From Chloropicon primus (taxonomy: Eukaryota), in contig CP060761.1 in assembly GCA_023205875.1 (NCBI GenBank), positions 806,001-860,321 of the forward strand: DNA of 54,321 nt. Reading direction: 5' to 3'. Shown one piece after another: positions 1 through 10,736 of this stretch (positions within the stretch are counted from its first letter, which is position 1; the number at the start of each line of letters is the position of its first letter). The position numbers and the translations under genes are program-made. The notes beneath the pieces were generated by a model. That model was given only the letters and a program-made list of their open reading frames with translations. It made no database searches and was not told the origin of the DNA.

Positions 1-1228
1 CTGGCAAGATATCGCGCCCATCAGAATCGACCACCCTGACATCGAGGATGGAGAACGCTCTTCCCGAAGTGGCGACGAGGTCGACCACTTGGGCAGGAGA
101 CGATTCTGCCATGAGCTCCTCGTCGACGAGGGACATGCTGATCTTCCCGCAACACTCCGTCATGCCATACGAAACGAAGAACCTGCACCCGAAGAGCGCG
201 ATGACCTTCTTTTGGGTCGCCGGCGCCAGCGGGGAGCCACCACAGGACAAGATCCTCATGCTGGAAAGGTCCATCACCTGAGCCACTGGGCTGTTGACGA
301 GGATAGAAAGCATCGTGGATGCCATGTTCACGCAAGTCACACACTCCCTTTCCAAGGTCGACAGCACCCTCGAGACCTCGAACGCGGGGATGACCACATG
401 CCTCCCGCCGCAGTACGTCACCGAGTATATCGCGAAAGCATCCACAAGGTGAAACATCGGGGCAACGTGTGCCCACACGTCCTCCTTGCCCATCTCCATC
501 TCGTGGACCATGGCGTAGCCGTGCTTGCACACAATGCTTTGGGTCAGCATCACCTGCTTTGGCTTGCCGGTCGTGCCGCTGGTGTAGTAAATCTGGTAGG
601 GGGACTCCGGGTTCACGTGAACCCCAAAACCAAACTCTTCGCCAGCCTTGCCACCGAACCTCTCACCGGACCCATCGGAGAGGTCGACCTTGCCGATCTC
701 CTCGTCGAAGAACGTGTCAGTGTCGTGCTCGTGGTGCCTCCTCTGCATCCAGACGCTGCCCCGCTCGCCCACCCAGCAGACGGGCGGAACGCTCACGCTC
801 CCGTCCCCCGCAAGCAAGTCCAAAGCACCGCAGACCACGTTCTGGTAGCTCACGTGAGCCACAAGGACGCTCAACGGGCTCGAGTCCTCCAGGACGTACG
901 CCAGCTCGTTGGCGGTGGCGTGGGTGTTCACGTTGACCACCGCCGCCTGCATGGCCGCCGCCGCAAAGTGAACCCCCATGACGCGGAGGTCGTTGGGCAT
1001 CATCACAGCGATCCTCTGGCCACCAGGTCGAGGCCAGAACCTCTCCAGGAACACAGCCGTCCTCAGGACTAGGTCGCCCAGGTCCTTATACGTCATCACG
1101 GGCTCCCCGTCCTGGCAGACCGCGATGCGACTCTCATTACCTCGGATGCCGTGGACCAGCATGCTCCACACGTCGTGCACGGGCGGCGGCTCAAGCAGCC
1201 ACTCCGCCATCGCCTTCGACGACGGCAT
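1..1228 (-). CDS. AMP-binding (acyl-CoA synthetase/adenylation) domain protein, 5' part only; runs off the window start
   Basis: Manual minus-strand translation from ATG 1228 (MPSSKAMAEWLL...) with an in-frame TGA just upstream. Contains YYTSGTTGKPK, APMFHLVD and SYGMTECCG adenylation motifs. Not in the ORF track because its stop lies outside the window. Confidence 0.9.
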   Translation of the reverse strand, partial: MPSSKAMAEWLLEPPPVHDVWSMLVHGIRGNESRIAVCQDGEPVMTYKDLGDLVLRTAVFLERFWPRPGGQRIAVMMPNDLRVMGVHFAAAAMQAAVVNVNTHATANELAYVLEDSSPLSVLVAHVSYQNVVCGALDLLAGDGSVSVPPVCWVGERGSVWMQRRHHEHDTDTFFDEEIGKVDLSDGSGERFGGKAGEEFGFGVHVNPESPYQIYYTSGTTGKPKQVMLTQSIVCKHGYAMVHEMEMGKEDVWAHVAPMFHLVDAFAIYSVTYCGGRHVVIPAFEVSRVLSTLERECVTCVNMASTMLSILVNSPVAQVMDLSSMRILSCGGSPLAPATQKKVIALFGCRFFVSYGMTECCGKISMSLVDEELMAESSPAQVVDLVATSGRAFSILDVRVVDSDGRDILP

Positions 1229-1651
1229 TGCGATCCCGCACTCTCACGCGGCAATCTCACAACAACAACAATCCCAGCTCCTCCGCTCCTCCTCTCGCGT
1301 TCGCGGAAAAACAAAAACCCAACGACGAACGAAACGAAACGAAACGAAACGAAACCAAAAGGACGATCCTCTCTCACACTCGCTTCCTCACTCACTCACT
1401 CACTCGCACGCACGCTCTCTCGTTCGCTGCTCGCTCCTCCCAGCTCTCTCTCTCTCACACACACACCGACCCCTCTCGGCCCAAGGAAAAACGTCAACGC
1501 CGCGCCAGATCCTTCCGGTGCGAAGCACGCGCAAGTGTCTGCGGTCGGTCCTGTCACGCACGCACGCACACCTCGTCTTGGTTCGGTTCTGTCTCGCTCT
1601 TCGTGTCTCGTTCGCTCCGATCGGTTAGGTTTTGCCGCGGCGGCTGGGCGT

Positions 1652-1980
1652 TACGATTTTTTCTCCCTTTATTATTAGGGGGGAACGAGGATCGGGGTGG
1701 CGGGAGAGTGAGGGGACTCATCCACCTTTGGGGATAATGGAGGGAGGGGACGTCGACCAGGATGGAGGGGAGAGGGAGGAGGGGAGAGAGGAGAGGGGTC
1801 CTTGATCCTTGGATTGAATGAAACCTTACCGATTTTCTCCCTTTTTATTAGGGGGGAACGAGGATCGGGGTGGCGGGAGAGTGAGGGGACCCATCCACCT
1901 TTGGGGATAATGGAGGGAGGGGACGTCGACCAGGATGGAGGGGAGAGGGAGGAGGGATCCTTGATCCTTATCCTTGGATT
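1652..1980. repeat. Intergenic tandem duplication, 2 copies, period ~173 bp
   Basis: GGGGGAACGAGGATCGGGGTGGCGGGAGAGTGAGGGGAC..ATCCACCTTTGGGGATAATGGAGGGAGGGGACGTCGACCAGGATGG occurs near 1680 and near 1853. Confidence 0.9.
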
Positions 1981-2189
1981 GGGAGTCTCCTGAATCCGGT
2001 TCAGGAAGTCGTGCGTACGCACAAATATTTTGTCGTATAGCTCGAGTTGGTTGATTGTTATATAAATGGCAGGGTTCATTATAGAAGAGAAAGGGAAGAG
2101 ACGGTTCTTTCTCTCGGCCGCAGGCTCGCTCGAGGTGGGCCTCCCCTCCCCGAACCCCGGTACGACGCCGCCTCCGTCGTCGTCCTATC

Positions 2190-2678
2190 CTACCAATCAT
2201 CCATGTCGCCAAAGCACCGGCCGAGGCAGCCCTTGAGCATGCGCTGGCCAAAGGGAATGTACGTCATGCAGTACCACACCAGGGCGCAGATCTGCATCAG
2301 CAGGAAGATCAAGGTCAGGGGAAGGCTGTTGAGCTTGAGGGCGGCGTAGAGCGTGAACCCGATGGAAGAGAGGTAAACGCACGTCGCCGCGAGCCTGTGG
2401 CCCTTGACCATGTTCTTAATCTGTCTCCACGGACCCATTAGGAAACAGGTGCACCCTATCGACAGCATATTCCCCAACGTGTAGCAGGTGGCAAACTTCT
2501 TTATCCTGGAGACAAAGCAAAAGCAAGAAACGTCCGTCGTCGTCAGAGCACTGGATCGTTGGAAGTGAAGCAATGCGAGCTGAACGGAACTAAAGCGAAG
2601 TGCTGGGGGAGAACAACGACGAACTCCCCGTCCCTGGTCGCCCTCCTCCCGCACTGCATCCCTCTCTCTCTCTCCCTC

Positions 2679-2710
<32 letters not shown>

Positions 2711-2959
2711 AGCCGAGCAGCCGTGGCACACTTACTTTGGCACAGGGAACAGGAAGAATGACGAAAGGAGTGAGAGCAAAATACCCAGACCCAGGCAGAT
2801 GGCGAACCCATAAAGCCTTTGCATCTTCGTCAAGGATATGCTGTCCTCCAAATCCCCCAAGAGCGACTCCTCCTTCTCCTTGAGTCCCACGGACTCCTTC
2901 ATCTTGTCCAGAAAGTTCCCCGAGGACGAAGACCCCTTGAATGGGTTCGAAAAATCCAT
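2190..2959 (-). CDS. SFT2: Got1/Sft2-family vesicle transport protein, 2 exons (2959-2736, 2505-2190)
   Basis: SLTKMQRLYGFAICLGLG...KFATCYTLGNMLSIGCTCFLMGPWRQIKNM...ALVWYCMTYIPFG. A GTAAG...CCAG intron at 2735-2506 restores the frame. Confidence 0.9.
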
Positions 2960-3489
2960 CACAAACCCTTCCCTCAAACCAATCCACTATAACTCTCCTC
3001 TCCTCTCCTCTCCTCTCCTCTGAGTATGTGCCTGTGCCTGTGTCTGTGTCTGGTCGCTCTCCGTCTCGTCTCGTGTGTTGGAGCGGGTGGCAGCGTGACA
3101 AGGCGCAAGCTCGCCGCGATGGTGTCCCCCCTCCTCGCCCCTCTCCTCCTCCTCGTCCCTCTTCGTCCCCTCGCGCGTCTTCCTCTTCCTCTTCCTCTCT
3201 CCGCGTCCTTGCCTTCCTCCTCGGAACGTTGCTCGGCTCGAGTGAGGGCTCTTTCGAAAGAGGAAGAGACGCTCTATCGTTCCCTTGCACCTTCCTCTTC
3301 ACCCACTCCCGTCCCTCTCCGCCCTGCCTCTCTCTTTCTCGACCTCTCCCTCGCGCCTCTTCCTCCTCCGTGTTCGTCGCCAGCGCCAGAAGGAGGAGGC
3401 GCCAGCGCCAACGCCGGAACCAGGAGGAGAAGAGAAGAGGAGAGGAGAGGAGAGGAGGAGGAAAGGGCGCTGCACCTAAACCTTCTCGC

Positions 3490-3553
3490 ATTCATTCATT
3501 CATTCATTCATTCATTCATTCATTCGTTTGTTTGTTTGTTTGTTTGTTTGTTG
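3490..3553. repeat. Compound microsatellite (TTCA)n(TTTG)n just upstream of the carrier ATG
   Basis: Directly visible. Confidence 0.9.
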
Positions 3554-3559
3554 ACTGCG

Positions 3560-4902
3560 ATGATGGCTGGAAAGGAGCACCACCAGGAGGGGAACACCTT
3601 GCAGACGATGCACCCGGTGTTCAAGGTAAGTCCATCGAACTCAACCAACTCATGGAACATTGGATGGAATCCTTCCTTCCTTTCGTTTCGTTTCGTTTCG
3701 TTTCGTTCTCTTGATGGAAGGAAGGACGGACTGAGTTTCCATCACCTTTGCCACCTTTGGACCTGCTCCTGATGCTGATGCTGGTTTGATTCCCATTCCT
3801 ATTCCTATTCCTGTTCCTGTTGCTGTTGCTGTTGCAGGAGCTGCTGTCGGGTGGGACGGCGGGTGCCTTTGCGAAGAGTGCGGTCGCTCCGCTGGAGCGG
3901 GTGAAGATTATTATACAGACCAGCGGGGCTCTGGCCCTCCAGGACTCGAGGAGAGCAGCAGCAGCAACAGCAGTGACCACCAGCACCAGCACCAGCGGAG
4001 GGTTGACGACGGCGGTGGCCAGGGGAGGCATCCCCATGGTCATGAGGAGCATAGTGACGAGCGAGGGCGTGAGGGGGCTGTGGAAGGGGAACGGGGCCAG
4101 CGTGCTGAGGGTCGTCCCTTATGCGGCCTTGCACTTTTCTGCATACGAGAGGTACAGGACTTGGGTCTTGGACATCGACAGCGAGAGCCTTCCCCGGCAC
4201 GTCCGGTCCCTTGGCCAGACTCCGGCGGTCGACCTGGTTGCTGGCTCGATGGCGGGGGCGACGGCCGTGAGCCTGACGTACCCCCTGGACCTGCTCAGGA
4301 CCAGGATGGCTTGGAGGTCCTCGGGAATAAACGCGCCGCGGGGGCCAGGCGCCGAGGCCGTGGGCAGGGCCGCTGGTCTCCAGAGGTCCACCATCCTCAG
4401 CATGCTGGGCCAGATTGCCAGGAAGGAGGGCATCGCGGGGTTCTACAAGGGAGTGAGCCCCAGCCTGCTCGGGATATTTCCCTACGCCGGCCTCAAGTTC
4501 TTCGTGTACCAGTACTTGAAGACCCTGTACGTCAAGGGGAGCCCAGGGTCCGAGGGGGGGAGCGGGGACCTGGCTGGCGTCAGGGTCGCCACCTCCATGA
4601 AGCTGGTATTCGGAGCCTGCGCGGGGCTCGTAGCGCAGACGGTGACCTACCCCCTGGACGTCGTGAGGAGGAGGATGCAGGTGCAGGACATGGTCACCGC
4701 CGGGGACGGTGCCCAGGGCCACCACCACCGCATCAGGAGCTCCTGGCACGGCCTGCGCTTGATTTACACCACCATGGGCGTCAGGAGGGGACTTTACGCG
4801 GGGCTCTCCATCAACTACTTGAAAGTGGTGCCGTCCACCGCGATAGGGTTCGCGGTCTACGACTGCGCCAAGGAGTACTTGCACCACAGGACCCACATCT
4901 GA
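3560..4902 (+). CDS. Mitochondrial carrier family protein (CoA carrier/SLC25A16-42-like), 2 exons (3560-3625, 3838-4902)
   Basis: Three Px[DE]xx[KR] repeats (APLERVK, YPLDLLR, YPLDVVRRRMQ), GLWKGNGASVLRVVPYAALHF and GLSINYLKVVPS. Phase-0 GTAAG...GCAG intron at 3626-3837. Substrate is inferred. Confidence 0.9.
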
Positions 4903-5244
4903 TGAGGGGGCGGCCTGTCGCAGGGAGGGGCGGGAGTCTTGGGCGCAAAAAAAAAAGCGGGAGAAATAATCTTCTAAAACAAACCAGACTCACTATTTAT
5001 GATGGTATTGTTGTCGTCTTATGATTTTTTGACTTTGGTACAAAATGAATCCTCCGCCGGCCGCTCGGTCGTGCCCAGCGACGCAAAGGAATCAAGAAAG
5101 AGAGAGAGAGAACGAGTATGCGCACGTGTGTGTGTGTGTGGTGGACCTCCTTCCGCGGCACCTCCCCTCGTGCGTTCGATCGTTCGTTCGGTTTCCCGCC
5201 GGGGGAGGGCGTCGCCCCTCCTCCTCCACCTCCTCCTCCACCTC

Positions 5245-5709
5245 CTACATGACTACGCAGCAGGCCTTCTTCCCCTTCCTCTTACCTCCCGACGCCCGCG
5301 CCTTGTCCTCATTGGGCTGCCTCACCACCACGTGCATGGTCACCATCTTCTGCCCTTGCGGGTTCCCCATGGAGTGGTGGAGCTCCTTGACCAGCTTCTG
5401 ATCGTCCAGCATCCTCCCACCGAATATTATCCGCAACTCCTGCGCTGTCCTGGGCACCACAGCAGTACCCGAAGAAGTTCCGCCCGTGGTTCCCACTCCC
5501 TGCGGACTCCCCGTGGTGGTCGCGCTCCCGTCACCCTCCTTGCTGTTGTTGTTGTCCCCTCCTCCTCCTCCTCTGTTGACCTTGGGCCATTCGTGTATGA
5601 TCTTCTCCTTCAAGTTCAACACCGTACAAGTCTTGGGAAAAACGTAAGGACCGAAGTCTCCCCCAACATGCCTGAACCTGATGTTATACCCCTCCATCTC
5701 CATCCCCAT
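5245..5709 (-). CDS. MUB: Membrane-anchored ubiquitin-fold protein (MUB/UBL3 family)
   Basis: IRFRHVGGDFGP...TVLNLKEKIIHEWPK...ELRIIFGGRMLDD...VTMHVVVR, followed by a basic patch and C-terminal CaaX (CCVVM*). Confidence 0.88.
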   Translation of the reverse strand: MGMEMEGYNIRFRHVGGDFGPYVFPKTCTVLNLKEKIIHEWPKVNRGGGGGDNNNSKEGDGSATTTGSPQGVGTTGGTSSGTAVVPRTAQELRIIFGGRMLDDQKLVKELHHSMGNPQGQKMVTMHVVVRQPNEDKARASGGKRKGKKACCVVM

Positions 5710-5771
5710 CCCCCCTTCCACTCCCCTCCCCTTCCAAAAAAAAAAAAACACAAAGCGAGCGAGGAAGAGGT

Positions 5772-6337
5772 TCCTCCCGTGTCTCAAATTCCTCGTCCGC
5801 GGGTTCGATCGAAAGCTCTCTTCACGGCGGTTCGATCGGTTCAACTCCCCTCCCCTCCCCTCCCCTCCCCTCGCCTCGCCTCGCCTCGCCTCCCCTCGCC
5901 GTGTCTTCGTCTTGGTGCGCGATGATCGATCGCCCGTCCCCTCGGCTCTTTGATCAGAAACCTTGATCCTCACAGGGAGGAAAACCTTTGAGCGTCGCGT
6001 GTCGGTTACGATCGAGCGGGAGAGAGAGGAAGAGGGAACGGGGTGGAGCGGGCGGGAGGGGAAGGGGGAGGGGAAGAGAGTTGAACCGATCGAACTGCCG
6101 TGAAGAGAGCTTTCGATCGAACCCGCGGACGAGGAATTTGAGACACGGGAGGAGGAGGAAACGAACGGACGATCGGGACAACCTTGGGGGGGTGAGTCAC
6201 GGGGGTGAGTCACGGGGTAGGGGACGGAACCAAGGGCGAACGGGGGAAGGGAGCGGAAGGGCGAGGCGAGAAATCGAACCGCCGTGAAGAGAGCTTTCGA
6301 TCGAACCCGCGGACGAGGAATTTGAGACACGGGAGGA
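5772..6337. repeat. 65-75 bp element in 3 copies: 5772-5847 inverted relative to 6078-6153 and 6273-6337
   Basis: ATCGAACYGCCGTGAAGAGAGCTTTCGATCGAACCCGCGGACGAGGAATTTGAGACACGGGAGGA occurs twice on + and once on -. Confidence 0.92.
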
Positions 6338-6425
6338 CGAGGAAACGACCGGGTTTGCCTCGATCGAGGGTTTGGGCTCGTGTGTGCGTGTCTAGTGGGA
6401 CGGTGAAGGGAGAGGGAGCGTCACG

Positions 6426-9400
6426 ATGCCGCCCTTCTTCAGCAGGAAGGGCTCGAAGAGGAAGGAGGCGGAGGGCGAGGGGACGGGAGCGGCGGAGGTG
6501 AGCGTGGAGGTGCTGGCAGAGCCGGGGTCGCCCACGATGAGCGACATGGAGGTGAAGTTCGAGGACGTGGACGCCGGGGAGGAGCAAGGTGGGGGGAACC
6601 TGGACGACTTGCTTTACACGAGCAAAATCCTGGACCTGGACAGCGGGCAAGGGATCGCCCTCGTGGTGTACGTCCACGACGCGGTCGGACTGGATCCCGT
6701 GGGCTCGGGATCGGGGCAGGCGATCGTGGAGCTCTGCTACACGTACACCAGGAAAGATGGCCAGGGGGTCGGCGAGAGCGAGGTGCTGCCGGTGTCGACG
6801 AGGGGCGGAGCGGATGAGAGCGGGACCTCGTTTCAGAGCGTGCCCCTGTCCGCGGGGGAGGTGGAGCTGACGCAAATGCCCGACCCGGCGAAGCAGGCCG
6901 CGCCGAAAAACGCGAGCAGCAGCCTAAACACGGTTCCCGTGGAGGCCCTGGAGCAGATGACGGACCAGACCTCCCTTCGAGGGATGGTGGCGGACATGAA
7001 CATTCCGATGGACATCTGGGGCGGAGGCAAGCAGGAGAAGCAATTCGTGTTCACGACCCCGGAGGCGAACATTTTCAACGGCTTCTGCTCGTGGGGGAGC
7101 GCCGGGAGGGTCCTGAAGTTCCCCGCGGACCTCGAGGAGATCCCAGAGATCTCCATAAAGATCAAGGTGTGGCAGGTCGTGGGGCGGACCAAGATTCTGG
7201 GCGGCGCCAAGGTCCTGCTGGGCGAGTCCGTGCTCAAGGTCGGGGACCTCAAGGGGCAATCCGTGGGCATCGAGGGGATCCACGACCACGAGCTTGCTCT
7301 GTCTCACACCCAAGGGGGAGCCCAGGACACTGTGATTGACATCGGCCCGGCACCGAAGCTGAAGGTGAGCTGGAGGCTAGAGAGCCTCAGGGGCACGGGG
7401 GCGGACAAGGTCGAGATGAGGATAAGCAAGCTGCCTCACAGAGGCCACTCCTACGCGCACGGGGGCTTCATGGGGGCGAGCATGAGCATGATGGGGGAGG
7501 AGAAGTGGAGGGAGATTCTCAAGGAGCTGGAGACCCCGAGCGTGTACAGGTCCTGCAAGAGCGCCTGGCAGAGCGAGGACTTCTCCAAAAGGCTGAAGCT
7601 GATGCCACTTTTGGAGAACAGCCCCATCCTGTGCGCTTACGGCCTGGTGAGGTGCAAGTCCATGAAGATGGTCGAGAGCCTGTCCAACGGGGCCTTGTCC
7701 AGGGTCAGCATAAGCCCGTTCATCGCTCCGAGGCACGAGCCGCACCCTGACGACGTCTCGAACGCCTCCCCCTTCTCCTCTGCCCCGAACTCCGCGAGGG
7801 CGGACTCCGCGGGGGAGTTTGATTTGACAAAATCCGCGTCCCCGAAATACGACTCGTCCTTCAGGACGATGTCCCCCGTGACGCCGGGCGAGCAGATCGA
7901 CACGCCCTACGACACGCCGGGGAGGAACAAGGCGAACGCGAGCTTGTTGAGGATCGTTGCTACTTCGGAGTCCAGGGCCCAGATGAGGTGGAAGATGTAC
8001 GCAAAGAGGCTGCTGAAGATAAGGAAGAGGTGGAGGTTTGCCATCAAAGCGGTGATGAGGCAGGTGCGGATATCCATGTCGTGGGAAAAGAGTCAGATGG
8101 GGACCAGGGTGAACAGGTACGGGTACTCTCCCGTGCCGCTGGAGTGGGACCTGTGGGTGTCCCCCTCGAAACCCTGGAGCATCGCGCATGCGACGGTGGA
8201 TCACGGGAGTCCAGCAGCCCTCGTGCAGCAAGCGATTTTCACATCCTTGGGGCTGAAGAAGTGCGCAGGTGTTTTGGGATCCAAGCACATTAACGCCCAA
8301 GGCGTGCCTCCAGTGCAGTGGCTGATCCAGTTTGGTGAGGCCATCAACTTGGCCGTCAACGGCAACAAGCAGCAGCCCTTGCCCTTCCATCCGAGCTCCA
8401 AGGTCCAGGTTTTCTACGAGCTGGAGGTGAAGCTGATCTCGGGGAAGGACCTCGTGGCAATGGACATCACAAACACAAGCGACCCTTACTGCACGGTGTA
8501 CGTGAAAGGAGATGCCCTGTATCGCAAGAAAGAGAAGTCTTCTGTGAAGTCCTCCACGTTGAACCCCAAATGGAACGAGCTGCTGAAGGTTTGGCCAGTA
8601 GATGCGGAATCGGACGCTGAGCTGACCCTAGTCATCGAAGGTAAGCGGGTGGTTGCTCGAACGAAAAGTTGTGTCTGATTCACATGCCAATCGATTGAGC
8701 TGACTCTTTGTCTTTCTCTCTTTTTCCTTTTCTCGTAGTTTGGGACCACGACACGACCAGCGGGGACGACTTTATGGGCAAGGTGGAAGTGAAGCTGAAT
8801 GATCTGAACCTGAATGAGGACCACGAGTACGTCTCAGTGCCATTGCAAGCGGACGCGGAAAAGGGCACTGAGAACCTTGACTTGAATGCTGAGAACATCG
8901 GGACTCTCACGTTCGCGTGCAGGTTGCTGGAGAAGAGCGTCCTCGAGGCAGCAGAAGATTTTGAGATCCCAAGGCACGCGTTTCAGTCGTGCTTGTGCAT
9001 GCTGTCTGAGCCAGGGGGCCTGTTTCTGGACGTGAAGTCCGCCTACTCAAAGGCCAAACACCTTTCCTTGTTCTCCACGACTTTGGCGGGACTTGGAATC
9101 TGTGTCAAGTCGATTTGCAGCTTTTCCCCGGCGCAGCTCAAACTTCCCAAGCACGAAGGGGTCCCCTCGCCGCTGCAGACTGTGAGGTTCTTCCACGGCC
9201 TGAGTGGCCTGGAGAACGCCTGCGACAACGGCCAGATCAAGAAGGATACTTGCGTTTTCTTCAACGGCGCGTCCTTTCTCATGGATCCCACCAAGGGAGA
9301 CTCTGAGGGTGGCTCCCTGGCCCTGGCGAAACTGGGCACGCTGGACACGATGTACGTGAACAGGTACCAAGCCTTGGCAGAGACCTACCGATTCAATGGA

Positions 9401-10648
9401 GGAATCTACGTCCAGGAGACGGACTGCTGCACGGCCTGCCTGGAGTCTCTGACCATGCTAGTGAGCCAGAGGCCCGACATTTTCCCCCTGGGATTCGCCT
9501 ACGGCCACGTGCCTGGGTTCTCCGTATCCTCGCTTGTCATGAGAGGCCGTGGATTTGCCTCTCAGCAGATCGTGGAGGAGTTCCAGGCGAGGGCGGAGCT
9601 CAGTGGAAAGGTCCAGAAGAGCATAGAAAGGGGGAAGCACAAGGAAGTGTCTCTGTCCGTCGCGACCTCCTGGATGGAGAGGCTTCTGTACGGAAGCAAC
9701 TTTTTGTACATTAACGAGCAGAGGCTCGTCCTGAAGATGCTTGGGGACATTCAAGACGACACCCCACTCTCCAAGGTGATCGCGAACATAGGAGGGGTGG
9801 AGCGAATCTTCCTTCGATTTTTCGAGCATTTTGAAGCCACCTCGCCATTCACGCTGCACGAGACCGGGTTCAATTTCAATTACACCAAGAGGTTGATGAG
9901 GTTCCTCCGTGACCGCGGAGTGCTCGAGAGGCTTTCCTTGGAGAAGAAATTGAAGCTGGCCAAGTTCTTTGTGAGCCAGGCCTGCTATGGTTTTGGAGTC
10001 ACGTACTACTTCCAAAAGAAGGGTTACAGAAAGAGCATCCACAAGTACGCAAAGGAGGGTCTGATGTGCCTGCTTGAATCGAGCACTCGAGTGGAATTCG
10101 ACAAGCTCATCGAGGCGATAGGCGGCATGGACCAAGTCTTGTTGCAACTGAATGGCAAGTGGAGGCTGTCCAAGTCGTACGCGGTGAGAATGAAAGCCGT
10201 CGAAGATTGCCACGAGGCCTATCCGGGCGAGCCTCAATACGTGGCTGACATGATCATCCAGCGCGCGTCCAACGTCAGCGCAGGGCGCAGGGGATCCAAC
10301 AGGCCCAACACGCAGGCCACCTTTGACAAGGTCTTCAGACGGGCAGCCAAGGACACGGCTATAAAGACCAGGAAGGTTTTGAGGAAGTCGGCCTGCTGCT
10401 GCTTCACTGGCGTCTACGTCGCCGCCTTCACCCTGTCCTCCCTGACCCTCTTTGCCTGGCTGTACGCGATCCCAAGGACCCTGTGGCCCTACTGGGGCAA
10501 AGCCTGGAACAGCCAGCGGCTGAAGGGCCTGGGGATTATCTTCGGAGTGGTCCTCCTTACCGCAGGGGTGACCTTGGTCGTTGCATTCTTCTTTTGGTGG
10601 TTGATCTCTTTACCGAACCCGGAGTACAGCCTTCCTGAGCCAATATAA
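6426..10648 (+). CDS. Large C2-domain protein with C-terminal transmembrane helices, 2 exons (6426-8640, 8739-10648)
   Basis: C2 motif LEVKLISGKDLVAMDITNTSDPYC...STLNPKWNE...IE|VWDHDTTSGDDFMGKVEV is joined across a GTAAG...TAG intron at 8641-8738. There is a probable second N-terminal C2 (IKIKVWQ...LLGESVLKVGDL) and two hydrophobic segments at the C-terminus. Confidence 0.85.
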
Positions 10649-10736
10649 TAATCATACATAAAACCCCTTTTTGTCTGTTGTTTTGTGGAAAAAAAATAAA
10701 TTCATTTTTGTGTTTGCGGTGTGAAGTGCCAGTTAT

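Noticed and set aside
5460..5580. Possible intron in MUB after WPK
   Set aside because: The segment is in frame with no stop and GTCAAC is a poor donor, so it is treated as a low-complexity insert.
5772..5847. tRNA or Pol III gene suggested by GGTTCGATC (B-box-like)
   Set aside because: I could not build a cloverleaf or find an A-box or acceptor stem, and the motif lacks the terminal CC.
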